From: Gammaproteobacteria bacterium
GTDB lineage: Bacteria > Pseudomonadota > Gammaproteobacteria > Steroidobacterales > JABDLF01
NCBI GenBank assembly: GCA_041609715.1
Contig: JBFIQI010000003.1
Span: forward strand, 1 to 59,557
Length of the DNA stretch: 59,557 nt
Direction of reading: 5' to 3'
The position numbers were made by a program, and so were the translations under genes. Below, in pieces: positions 34,830-44,093 of this stretch; the first letter of the stretch is position 1, and each line of letters opens with the position of its first letter. Under the pieces are notes generated by a model. The model saw only the letters and a list, made by a program, of their open reading frames with translations, ran no database searches and had not been told where the DNA came from.

Positions 34830-35359
34830 GTTTTTGCACCTGCCGGGTCGGCCCGGGCGACCCGCTTGATCTGCATGGACACGATCTTGCCGTCGGTAAG
34901 CCTCTGGGTACCAATTTCCAGGAAGCCGTTGCGCTTGTGAAATTTCAGTGACTGCAGGTTGGGAGGATCGAGGTTCATTTCGGCCGCCAGCCAATGCAAG
35001 CCCTTGGCGCCGGCCCATGCTCTGACATGGGCGTACATCTTCTGGCCCAATCCACTGCTGCGACAGGCCGCAGCAATGACAATGCGATCAATATAGAAGA
35101 AACTCTTCAAGCGTTCCGCAAACCATTGGTAGTTAGCACCATCCAGATCAGCGCCATCTTGAAAGCCCATCAGAAATCCGGATACCTGGTCATTTTTTTG
35201 GGCGACTATCGTCAGGCTGCTGAGCTCGAACAGCCGCCGGAACTCATCCATATCCATGGGGCTGGTCGCATCGACCGAGCCCGTGTTCAGAGCAATAATT
35301 GCATCGCCATCGGCCAGGGTTGCCTGGCGCAAAGTAATCTCACTGCCATCGTCATTCAT
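34826..35359 (-). CDS. GNAT-family acetyltransferase
   Basis: NYQWF, YIDRIVI, RSSGLG, PPNLQSLKFH...GF. Confidence 0.9.
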   Translation of the reverse strand: MNDDGSEITLRQATLADGDAIIALNTGSVDATSPMDMDEFRRLFELSSLTIVAQKNDQVSGFLMGFQDGADLDGANYQWFAERLKSFFYIDRIVIAAACRSSGLGQKMYAHVRAWAGAKGLHWLAAEMNLDPPNLQSLKFHKRNGFLEIGTQRLTDGKIVSMQIKRVARADPAGAKT

Positions 35360-35431
35360 CTGAATATCTTGCTATCGGCCGCGCTGGGTTGGGATGAGTC
35401 AGCACTCTACTTCCACTGTTGTTAATTGTTC

Positions 35432-35824
35432 CTAAATCATAGCGTAAAAAACCAACAAGCCGAGGGTGAGAGCGGCCACAGCGTAGAGCTTGATGTGGCG
35501 TATCGCCATTGGCACTACCTGATCAGCAAAGCGCTTGTGCCAGCGCCAGGGTATGAACAGCAGGGCCGTGGACGTGCCGATGAGCACCCAGCCGAAAACC
35601 TCAAATGCGGGCGTAAAGCGAAGGCGATCGGCGTACAGGACAAAACCCGCTCCCGCCAGGATACGGATCAACTGCTCGATAAAATGGCTTCGGGCTGAAC
35701 TGGCAAAACCCCAGAGGAAGCCCGCGGCCCGGCGGGGCGCAAAGGCACAAAAGATGGCGAGGCAAACCAGCCACGAGCCGCTGGCAAACACAACAAAACC
35801 GGCCAGCCCGCTCCCGCTGGTCAC
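35432..35824 (-). CDS. Hypothetical membrane protein
   Basis: Hydrophobic; FASSARSHFIEQLIR...PWRWHKRFA; GTG start inferred. Confidence 0.7.
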   Translation of the reverse strand: MTSGSGLAGFVVFASGSWLVCLAIFCAFAPRRAAGFLWGFASSARSHFIEQLIRILAGAGFVLYADRLRFTPAFEVFGWVLIGTSTALLFIPWRWHKRFADQVVPMAIRHIKLYAVAALTLGLLVFYAMI

Positions 35825-35867
35825 TTCGACTGCCCCGGTTTGTTGCAGGTTTGCGCCAGGGAGCAAC

Positions 35868-36263
35868 TCACTGGCGGTGTTCGACGATAAGAAAGATTGC
35901 GGTGCTGTCGCCGATATTTCGAACCTCGTGCCAGGCGATACCGGGGCTTTGAAAGCTGCTGCCTGTTCGGGGCTCCACTTCGCGCACTCCCGACGCATCG
36001 CTGATGCGCATTCGACCGCCTGCAATAACGTAACCTGTGTGGGGAAGGTGATAGTGGCGTTCGTGGCCGCCACCCGGGGGGAACACACAGCGCAAAGCAC
36101 GCTGGAATCGGTTTTCGTGCAGCACCTGGCAAACCGACGCACCCCGCCAGCCAGCCTGCAGCGGATCAGGAAGCTGGGCGTTCGAGCCGCAGCCGAGCAG
36201 CAAACCGAAACAGGTCAACAGTGAAAACCGGGCGCCACCCGGCACTCCTGGAACGAGATTCAT
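35868..36263 (-). CDS. Cupin-domain protein, probable lipoprotein
   Basis: GGHERHYHLPH and WHEVRNIG cupin motifs; LLLGC lipobox. Confidence 0.85.
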   Translation of the reverse strand: MNLVPGVPGGARFSLLTCFGLLLGCGSNAQLPDPLQAGWRGASVCQVLHENRFQRALRCVFPPGGGHERHYHLPHTGYVIAGGRMRISDASGVREVEPRTGSSFQSPGIAWHEVRNIGDSTAIFLIVEHRQ

Positions 36264-36326
36264 TTGTTTGTCAGGGACCAGCACCCTAAAGATGCATGCG
36301 GCGACAGCACCAGCCCCGATGTGACC

Positions 36327-37283
36327 TCAGGACGCTCTCTTGTGCTCGTACATTTTCTGGTCCGCGCGTTCCAGCAGCTCGTCGATGGACTCATTGTCCT
36401 CCGGGATAAAAGCAATGTGCCCAACGCTGTATTTCAGGTCGTAGCCGCGCTTGGCCTGCTGGTTATAGGCAGCTATGGCAGCTCGAAATCGAGCGAGCAC
36501 CGCATCCAGCTTTGATTCTGCGCAGTCAGTCATCAGGGCCACAAATTCATCACCGCCCAGGCGGGCGAAGACATCGGACTCCCTAAATACGTTACGCATC
36601 TGCTCGGCAAAAGCTACCAGTGCTTTATCGCCCTCGGCATGGCCAAATCGGTCATTGATCTCCTTGAATTCATTAAGATCAAAAGACAGTAGGGTAGCTG
36701 GCATATTCTTGCGCTGGCAGACATTCAGTGTGTGCTGGGCCAGTGCCATGAAACCGCGACGGTTAGAAATCAGCGTCAGTTCATCGAGGGTAGCCAGCTG
36801 AACGGCGGCGATCTCCTGCTCCGCCATGGCGGCGAGATCTCTCAGTAGTGCCAGGTCTTCCTCATCGAAATTGCGGGGCGCCCTGTCTATTAGACACAAG
36901 GTGCCAAGCTTGCTGCCATTGTGCACCTTGAGCGGGCAGCCCGCGTAGAAGCGGATGTTCGGCTCTCCCGTGACCAGGGGGTTGTCCGCAAAGCGGTCGT
37001 CTTTGAGGGCGTTGGGAATGATGAATACCTCATCGCCCAATATGGCATGCCCGCAAAAAGATATTTCCCGGGGTGTTTCATCGGCATCCAGGCCCTGTTT
37101 GGATTTGAACCACTGGCGATCGGCATCGACGATGCTTACCAGGGAAATCGGCACCCCGAACATGCGCTTGGCGAGCCGCGTCAGCCTGTCGAAGCGTTCC
37201 TCTGGCGCCGTATCGAGCAGATTGAGGGAGCGGAGTGTTTCAAGGCGTGTGCGCTCATCAGGTGGCATGGCGGGTTTCTGCAT
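36327..37283 (-). CDS. GAF-sensor diguanylate cyclase
   Basis: REISFCGHAI/RFYAG GAF domain; FKEINDRFGH, RLGGDEF. Confidence 0.95.
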   Translation of the reverse strand: MQKPAMPPDERTRLETLRSLNLLDTAPEERFDRLTRLAKRMFGVPISLVSIVDADRQWFKSKQGLDADETPREISFCGHAILGDEVFIIPNALKDDRFADNPLVTGEPNIRFYAGCPLKVHNGSKLGTLCLIDRAPRNFDEEDLALLRDLAAMAEQEIAAVQLATLDELTLISNRRGFMALAQHTLNVCQRKNMPATLLSFDLNEFKEINDRFGHAEGDKALVAFAEQMRNVFRESDVFARLGGDEFVALMTDCAESKLDAVLARFRAAIAAYNQQAKRGYDLKYSVGHIAFIPEDNESIDELLERADQKMYEHKRAS

Positions 37284-37517
37284 GACAAATGAACCTTATT
37301 CATGTGCAAGGAACCAGCAGCCTTCCTGACCCGCTGCCCCCACGGGTTGGTCGATGGCATACTTCCTGATCGCCAACGCTATCAGCTTCCTGCTTTGCGA
37401 TCGGCCCCGATTCAACGCGGATTTATCGCGCGGTAATCTCTGATATCGACAAGCAGGAAAACAACCGCAATCATCGCATATTAGTGTCAGCGATTCACTG
37501 TTCCGCGGGGTCGCGAG

Positions 37518-38261
37518 TCACTCTTCAGGCTCTGCGAGGCGGGCCGTATGCTGGAGCAAGCCTATGTCGCCTGGTGCGCCATGGCCGGGGATGACCAATC
37601 GTGCATCGGAGAATTGACCGAGCAGGGATTGCATCACAGCTTGCCAGTTAGTGAGATCGGCATCCGCAATATTGCCAAGCGAATCGGCCTTTGCCGGACG
37701 CACCGCACAGCCGCCAAACAGAATGCCATGTCCCGGTAGCCAGATCACCAGATTATCCGGAGCATGGGCCGGGCCAGGGTAATGCGCTTCCAGCTCCCCA
37801 AGCGCCGAGGAGCTGCCTGGGGTAGCGAGTGCAGGCAATATCAGATCAGGTACCGGCAGCCCCTGTCGTGCGGCCAGCCGCTGGGTATCCGGGTGTGAGT
37901 ACACCTTTATGCCACGAGACTCCAGCGCGTCGACGCCGGCAATGCGATCGGCATGGGCATGAGTAACAATGGCTTGCGTAACAGGCAGGCCAATTTCACG
38001 CTCGATTTTTGTCACGAGCCCGATGGTGAGTAGTTCCCCCCAGGCAGTATCCACAAGGGTGAGCTCATCCTGGCTGCGGACCACCAAGCCGTTGGAGGGA
38101 AGACGCGTACCACTGGGATAGGTGTAATATGAAGTGTGCAGCCAGACACCATCCGCAAGCCGCTCAATATCAATATCCGCATCGGAGCTTGCACATCCTT
38201 GCAGCACAATGCATGCCAGCAGAAATAATCTGAATACTGCTGCGCCAGCCCGGCCCGTCAC
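37518..38261 (-). CDS. Subclass B1 metallo-beta-lactamase, probable lipoprotein
   Basis: PSNGL, LVDTAW, THAHADRIAG (HxHxD), GPAHAPDN, FGGCAV, LGNIADA, IPGHG; VLQGC lipobox-like. Confidence 0.88.
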   Translation of the reverse strand: MTGRAGAAVFRLFLLACIVLQGCASSDADIDIERLADGVWLHTSYYTYPSGTRLPSNGLVVRSQDELTLVDTAWGELLTIGLVTKIEREIGLPVTQAIVTHAHADRIAGVDALESRGIKVYSHPDTQRLAARQGLPVPDLILPALATPGSSSALGELEAHYPGPAHAPDNLVIWLPGHGILFGGCAVRPAKADSLGNIADADLTNWQAVMQSLLGQFSDARLVIPGHGAPGDIGLLQHTARLAEPEE

Positions 38262-38767
38262 AGGCGCAGCTCCCAGTAACCTACGTTGATCCATTTCCCG
38301 AACTTGAAGCCCACCTCTTCCAGTTCACCAACCTTGCGGAATCCCAAGCTTTCATGGAGGGCGACGCTGGCCTCATTTGGCAGGGCGATGCCTGCCAGCG
38401 CGCAATGCAGGCCTTTGTTCTTGAGTGTTTGGAAAAGTCGTTGGTAAAGGGCGCTGGCGATTCCGCGGCGCTCATGACCCGGCGCTATATAAACGGTAAC
38501 TTCCACCGTGTTCCGATAGGCGGCGCGGGGCTTCCATGGGGTTGCGTAGGCATATCCAGTTATTTTCTGTTCAAGCTCGGCTACCCACCAGGAATCTTCT
38601 GGGATGCAGGCATCGATACGAGCGGACATGTCGATCGTTGCCACTGGGGTCTCTTCAAAGGTCGTGGTGGTATTGTCGATGTAATAGTTGTAGATGGTGC
38701 AGATTTCCCCGGCGTCTGTAATTTTCGCCAACCTGATTGTGGGGTAATGCCGGGTCACACTGGTCAT
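38258..38767 (-). CDS. Pat/YncA-type GNAT acetyltransferase
   Basis: IYNYYI...TFEE, RAAYRNTVE, LPNEASVALHESLGF, GFKFGKW. Confidence 0.92.
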   Translation of the reverse strand: MTSVTRHYPTIRLAKITDAGEICTIYNYYIDNTTTTFEETPVATIDMSARIDACIPEDSWWVAELEQKITGYAYATPWKPRAAYRNTVEVTVYIAPGHERRGIASALYQRLFQTLKNKGLHCALAGIALPNEASVALHESLGFRKVGELEEVGFKFGKWINVGYWELRL

Positions 38768-38787
38768 GCCGAAAAAAACGGATCACT

Positions 38788-39207
38788 CTAACCGGCGGCA
38801 AGCGGGTCCAGCACCCAGGCGCGGGGGTGCTGCGAAAAACCGATGCGCGGATAGTATTCGTTCGCCGCTGGCGCCGACAGCAGCACAATCATGCAATCGG
38901 GGCCCAATGCGGCACGGGTCTCAGCCACCAGGCGTTTGCCGATGCCCAGCCGCTGGTAAGCTTTGGCCACGGCGAGATCGGCAAGATAGGCGACGTAGCC
39001 GAAGTCCGTCAGTGTGCGCGAGATTCCGATCAATTGCTCGCCATCCCATGCCGTAATCGTGAGATCAGCATGCTCCATCATCTGGCGCATTATCTCTGGT
39101 TTGTCTGCGGGACGGCGTTCCGCCAGCGTCGATGTTTTATAGAGCGCCGTGAATTGATCGAGGGTCAGGGCGACGTCACGCTTGTAAGCGATAGCTGATG
39201 GTGTCAT
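38788..39207 (-). CDS. GNAT-family acetyltransferase
   Basis: RTLTDFGYVAYLADLAV, YQRLGIG, YYPRIGF. Confidence 0.92.
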   Translation of the reverse strand: MTPSAIAYKRDVALTLDQFTALYKTSTLAERRPADKPEIMRQMMEHADLTITAWDGEQLIGISRTLTDFGYVAYLADLAVAKAYQRLGIGKRLVAETRAALGPDCMIVLLSAPAANEYYPRIGFSQHPRAWVLDPLAAG

Positions 39208-39284
39208 GACGGTTCGAACGTGCTTGTGATGGATATTCCGGATTATATACAGCGGCTTTAACAACAGCCTGTTCGCCAGGCCGC

Positions 39285-40031
39285 CTAGCGGCACACTCCG
39301 GGTGCCGTGTACAAATAGGCATTGGAGCCGAGCTGATCCAGCATGAATTCAGCGGCCTCTGCCCGGGAGATTCTGGGCGTCAGGAGCCGACTTCCCGATT
39401 GGAATCCATGCTGGTATTGCCCGCGCTTGTTGCCTTTGGTAAATGCTGCAGGCCGCACGATGATCCAGTTCACAGCGCTCTTCGCTATCAACTGTTCCTG
39501 GCGGGTCTTGTCCCAGTAATAAAAAGGCAATATCAGGGGAACCACAAAAAAGGTGTAATAGAGACCCATGCGCCCGGCGCTGTCGCCGATACCGAGCGAG
39601 GTCTCGCAGATAAGTCGCGATACATTGTGATCCTGCATTGCACGGATGATGTTCCGGGTGCCTTGCGAAAGTATCCGGGTCGGATAAAAAAACCGCTTGT
39701 GCCCCAGGGCGCACAGCACGGCCTGCTGGTTGCGCATTGCACTGGCCAGGGAATCCGGATCAAGCACATCGCCCTTGATGACATTGAGCGCGGGATGCTC
39801 TACGTCGAGTTTCTCGGGATTCCTGGCGAACGCGGTTACGCTGTAGCCGCGCTGCAAAGCCTGGGAAACCAGCTGGCGGCCGGTACCCCCGGTGGCGCCC
39901 ACGATCAGGATTCGCGATACCGGCTCTCCGTCTGGCGGTGGGGAAGTGGTGCCCTGTGAGTGATGGCCAGCGCGACCGAGGGCAACGGACAACGCGATTG
40001 CGTAGAGAGCGAATAACAGCAGAAGTTCCAC
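39285..40031 (-). CDS. Atypical SDR / NAD(P)H-binding oxidoreductase
   Basis: GATGGTG, ARNPEKL, WIIVRP, ISRAEAA. Confidence 0.88.
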   Translation of the reverse strand: MELLLLFALYAIALSVALGRAGHHSQGTTSPPPDGEPVSRILIVGATGGTGRQLVSQALQRGYSVTAFARNPEKLDVEHPALNVIKGDVLDPDSLASAMRNQQAVLCALGHKRFFYPTRILSQGTRNIIRAMQDHNVSRLICETSLGIGDSAGRMGLYYTFFVVPLILPFYYWDKTRQEQLIAKSAVNWIIVRPAAFTKGNKRGQYQHGFQSGSRLLTPRISRAEAAEFMLDQLGSNAYLYTAPGVCR

Positions 40032-40121
40032 CCTTAGTGGCCCATGGTGGCGAGCGCGACAATGGGCGGGGCTTTCATGCTCGCAAGTGGTGAGTTCAGA
40101 GAGGCTGAACGCGGCAAGCGT

Positions 40122-40571
40122 TTACACATGGGCGTCAGGATTGTGATCGGCAACCAGGGCCAATTCGATGCCATGCTCGAGGTAGGCCTTGCAGGCGGCC
40201 AGGGTCGATGTGAAGCCCCCCATCGAATCCATCGCCCGGGCGACTTTTTCGTCATCGCTGCCGGTGAATCCACCGGCCTCGATGATTACAAAAGTGTGGT
40301 CGCCACGCTGCTCGAAAATCCATTCAACCGGCGTAGGCCAGGCGATCAGAATGCGCCGATCAGGCTCCAACTCCTTGACCTCCACTTCGGCGGCCACGCC
40401 ATACATGTCCCAGTACCAGGTGACGGTCTCGCCAGACTGCAGGGGCCCGCTGGCCCGTGAAAACCAGAACTTGCTGGTGATATGAGGATCTACGAAAGCG
40501 CCGAAAACTTCCGCCACGGGCTTGCGGATCAATAAATGGGCCCGCGCCACCGGTTCATTTTTCAGGCTCAT
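40122..40571 (-). CDS. SRPBCC/AHSA1-like protein
   Basis: IRKPVAEVFGAFVDP..TSKFWF, GGFTSTLAACKAYLEHG. Confidence 0.88.
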   Translation of the reverse strand: MSLKNEPVARAHLLIRKPVAEVFGAFVDPHITSKFWFSRASGPLQSGETVTWYWDMYGVAAEVEVKELEPDRRILIAWPTPVEWIFEQRGDHTFVIIEAGGFTGSDDEKVARAMDSMGGFTSTLAACKAYLEHGIELALVADHNPDAHV

Positions 40572-40696
40572 AACGGCTTACCCCCAAGAATCAACCAGCG
40601 TGCTGTGGCCTGCCATCATAAACGAATGATGGCCAGCATTGACCAGATGAGCGTATGCGTTTTGAGCCTGTGATGCGGTACTTGCATCGATGGTAT

Positions 40697-41287
40697 TCAG
40701 GGTGCGTCACCAGATGATTCGGCCTGGTCCGGGGCGGCGCGCAAAAACAACTGCGCCGCCACGATGTACAAAACGATAAAAAAGCCGTTGAGCAACACAA
40801 GCTGCAATGGGCTGTTCCACGGCTCGCCCAAACCCGCGCTGACCGCGATCAAGGTAACCAGGCCCTGGGCCAGCGCCATGGCGATCAAGGCGCGCGCCAT
40901 ACCGCGCGGCTGAAAGCGGGCGACCAATGTGCCGACAACGCCAACGGCAAGTACACCGAAGTACATTTGGTTGGCGAGGTTATCCTCGGAGCCGATCATG
41001 CCGACGGCGCCATTCACCCAGACCAGGATCAGGACTGCGGCGAGGGCGACGCCGGCGGCGGTCCGGTAGGCGGTATTGCGCGTGGTTCTCGCCACCAGCT
41101 CGTAAGTGATACCGACACCCAGCAGCAGGGCGCCGGCAACAAGGAAGTCACCGGGGGTCCAGTTCACTTCATCGGTGAACTGCATGGCAATCAGGGGGAG
41201 CAGCAATATCAGTGCTGCGCCACTCCACAGAATTATTCGCCAATGGCCCCCGTGCGAGCCGCTTTTGTTGACAGGCTTGGATGCCAT
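40697..41287 (-). CDS. Hypothetical membrane protein
   Basis: LLPLIAMQFTDEVNWTPGDF, WVNGAVGMIGSE; about 6 TM; GGAGG RBS. Confidence 0.8.
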   Translation of the reverse strand: MASKPVNKSGSHGGHWRIILWSGAALILLLPLIAMQFTDEVNWTPGDFLVAGALLLGVGITYELVARTTRNTAYRTAAGVALAAVLILVWVNGAVGMIGSEDNLANQMYFGVLAVGVVGTLVARFQPRGMARALIAMALAQGLVTLIAVSAGLGEPWNSPLQLVLLNGFFIVLYIVAAQLFLRAAPDQAESSGDAP

Positions 41288-41421
41288 TGACTTGCCTCCT
41301 GACGACCATTGGATGCTGTCCGATGCCTGGCGGCGCCGGTGCTTCCTATCCCTAGAAGTGTTATGTATACTACTTCAATGTATCTGAGATTTCCAGCTTG
41401 CCAGTCCGTTGGTGGCCGGGC

Positions 41422-41775
41422 ATGAACATCGGCAAGGACCTCGTCGCGGCCTCTGCCACACCCCTGGTACTGTCCATCCTCAGCGAGGGGGAGAGCTATG
41501 GATATGCCATCATCAAACGCGTGGATGAACTTTCTGGCGGCGAACTCAAATGGACGGACGGCATGCTCTACCCGGTGCTCCACCGCCTCGAACGCAACGC
41601 TTATGTGAAAGCTTCATGGGGCAGGTCCCGGGCAGGCCGGCGCAGGAAGTACTACCGGCTGACCGATAAAGGCTTACAGGAACTCGCCAGTCAGCGCCGG
41701 CAGTGGCAAGTGGTGGACGACGCGTTACGGGCCACCCCTTTCCATGATTTCCAACTGGCAGCACGGGGAACCTGA
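41422..41775 (+). CDS. PadR-family transcriptional regulator
   Basis: SYGYAII, GMLYPVLHRLE, RRRKYYRLT. Confidence 0.93.
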   Translation: MNIGKDLVAASATPLVLSILSEGESYGYAIIKRVDELSGGELKWTDGMLYPVLHRLERNAYVKASWGRSRAGRRRKYYRLTDKGLQELASQRRQWQVVDDALRATPFHDFQLAARGT

Positions 41776-41798
41776 CCCCTCAATCGAGAATACGCCTG

Positions 41799-43151
41799 AT
41801 GCTGGAACAACGAATCGGTGAATGGCGATCATGCGTCCTCAAGCGGCGCGCCATGGATGCGAGCGACGTGGACGAGCTCGAGGATCACCTGAGAAACCAG
41901 GTGAGCGATCTGCGTCAAGCCGGGCTGGATGAGGAAGAGGCTTTTCTGATTGCGGTCAAGCGCATTGGTGAACTTGACGCCATCTCAAGGGAATATGCCC
42001 GGGAATACTCAGAGCGCTTGTGGAAACGGTTGGTTTTTACCCATGAGCCCGGAACCGACGCCTCCCGATCACGGCAAGAGGCGCGCGTCGCCGTAGGGCT
42101 GGCAGTCGCCGCCGCAGCCGCCATCAAAGCGCCGGAGCTTTTCGGTGTCGGGCTTGATGACCCAGATCCGCAACCCGCTTTCTACATGAGAAACCTCAGC
42201 CTTTTTGTCCTGCCATTTCTGGCGGGATTCTTCGCCTGGAAGAGGCAAGTGGCACAGGAGACCTGGCGCTCTGTGGGCGGAATATTCCTGGTCAGTGCCC
42301 TGGTAATGAATTTATTCCCATTCACTCCCATGGGAAACACGCAGATTCTGGCGGCCATACATCTACCCATGGCCCTGTGGCTGGCGACGGGTATCGCCTA
42401 TGCCGGAGGGCAGTGGCGCGATCATGGGCAACGGATGCATTTCATCCGCTTCTCCGGAGAATGGTTCATCTATTACGCCCTGATTGCCTTTGGCGGCGGC
42501 GTGCTGATGGGGGTCACGGTTTTTATATTCAGCGCCATCGGTGTGGACCCCGAGTGGATTGTGAATGAGTGGGTACTGCCCTGCGGAGTAATGGGTGCAG
42601 TGATTATTGCGGGCTGGCTGGTGGAGGCCAAGCAAAGTGTCGTCGAAAATATGGCTCCCGTGCTCACGATGCTATTCACGCCGCTGTTCGCGTTGTTGCT
42701 CCTGGTGTTCCTGGGAACCATGCTGTGGACCGGCAGCGGCATCAACGTGGAGCGGGAAGTGCTCATCGGCTTTGACCTGCTGCTGGTGGTGGTAGTGGGC
42801 CTGCTGCTATACGCCATCTCGGCAAGAGACCCCGGGCGTGCACCGGGGTTCTTCGACGGCCTGCAGCTGCTGCTGGTTGTCTCGGCGCTGCTGGTGGACG
42901 CATTGGCTCTCTGGGCAATACTCGCGAGGATCTCGGAATTCGGCCTCAGCCCCAATCGTGTTGCCGCCCTGGGCGAGAATCTTATCCTGGTTATCAACCT
43001 GGGCTGGTCGGCGGTGCTGTATTCGAGGTTTTTGAGAGGCCGAGGCAGCTTTTACGATCTTGAACGCTGGCAAACTGCGTACCTGCCGGTTTACGCAATC
43101 TGGGCGGCGATAGTTGTGCTGGTATTCCCGGCGATGTTCGCGTTTCAATAA
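41799..43151 (+). CDS. Permease-prefix-domain membrane protein (PadR-associated)
   Basis: ELEDHLR...GLDEEEAFLIAVKRIG N-terminal domain; about 10 TM. Confidence 0.85.
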   Translation: MLEQRIGEWRSCVLKRRAMDASDVDELEDHLRNQVSDLRQAGLDEEEAFLIAVKRIGELDAISREYAREYSERLWKRLVFTHEPGTDASRSRQEARVAVGLAVAAAAAIKAPELFGVGLDDPDPQPAFYMRNLSLFVLPFLAGFFAWKRQVAQETWRSVGGIFLVSALVMNLFPFTPMGNTQILAAIHLPMALWLATGIAYAGGQWRDHGQRMHFIRFSGEWFIYYALIAFGGGVLMGVTVFIFSAIGVDPEWIVNEWVLPCGVMGAVIIAGWLVEAKQSVVENMAPVLTMLFTPLFALLLLVFLGTMLWTGSGINVEREVLIGFDLLLVVVVGLLLYAISARDPGRAPGFFDGLQLLLVVSALLVDALALWAILARISEFGLSPNRVAALGENLILVINLGWSAVLYSRFLRGRGSFYDLERWQTAYLPVYAIWAAIVVLVFPAMFAFQ

Positions 43152-43155
43152 GCGT

Positions 43156-43173
43156 GGCCGAATGGGTTCGGCC
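43156..43173. terminator. Hairpin between convergent genes
   Basis: GGCCGAA-TGGG-TTCGGCC. Confidence 0.45.
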
Positions 43174-43193
43174 GGGCGATAGCGACTTTCGGT

Positions 43194-43724
43194 TTATCCC
43201 ATCCTGGCTACAAGCATCCCGAATTCATCCACGCGCTGCCAGTCCGTGAACTCGTAAGTACCCTTAGTATCCGTCGGACCTTTGGTCATTCTCATGATCA
43301 TCTGAATTATCAGCCGATCCCACAAGCGATACCTGGGGTAATCAATCTTGCCGGCAAACACCGCAAGTTCCTTCGGCCGCCAGGCGATCTGGCGCAGAAA
43401 TGTCTGCAGGTACGGATTAGTTTCCGGCCGGTTTTTTTCCAGCTTGCGAGCCACGACATTGACCGAGAAAAATGCGTTTGGCCTGCTTTCCAGCACTTCC
43501 TGGTTCTGGCGGATAAATTTATACACGGCTCTGCTGTGCTTGCCATACCGGATACTCGCCCCGATCACAATTTTTTCAAATCGGTGCAAGTCAATTATCG
43601 GGGCCTGGTCAATCGCGATCAGCGAAACCGTGTGATCCTGAGTCTCGATGACCCGCTTGAGTCGCTCACAGATTTTTCGTGTGTGACCATCGGTGGTGGA
43701 ATAAATTAATAGAATCTCAGCCAT
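43194..43724 (-). CDS. hemG: Menaquinone-dependent protoporphyrinogen IX dehydrogenase
   Basis: YSTTDGHT, IGASIRYGKH, FFSVNVVARK, NPY, YEFTDW. Confidence 0.9.
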   Translation of the reverse strand: MAEILLIYSTTDGHTRKICERLKRVIETQDHTVSLIAIDQAPIIDLHRFEKIVIGASIRYGKHSRAVYKFIRQNQEVLESRPNAFFSVNVVARKLEKNRPETNPYLQTFLRQIAWRPKELAVFAGKIDYPRYRLWDRLIIQMIMRMTKGPTDTKGTYEFTDWQRVDEFGMLVARMG

Positions 43725-44093
43725 GTCGATTCGCAATCATGTTGTCTTGAATGGTGCGTCCGGATATCACCAGGCATCAAGGCCAATAACCCCGGTTAAA
43801 AATAAATTGTACTGGAATCGGGTCGCAGGATGCAGATACTTGCCGGGAGCCGCGGCGTTTCGAAGCGGTCCGTTTGTCTCATGGACAGCAATGCTTGCCT
43901 ATGAAACATGTTTCACTCATCCAGGCTATCAGCCGGCCGCTGCACATACTGCCGGGTGCCCATACTCTTGCATGCAGCTCGCAATGCCAGCCCGGAAGCA
44001 AATTATGTCAACCCATTTAGGCGCGAGATGCGTTATATTTTCCCGAAGCTTGAACGATTTACCACGCACAGACCGGGTGGCAAGGAAAAGGCG

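Noticed and set aside
34830-35018. Long N-terminal extensions in the ORF track (ankyrin; also 35825-36142, 43908-44093, 48890-48985)
   Set aside because: They overlap neighbouring genes or attC sites; downstream starts fit better.
39225-39275. TATAAT promoter upstream of the GNAT at 39207
   Set aside because: No -35 at proper spacing and no true extended -10.
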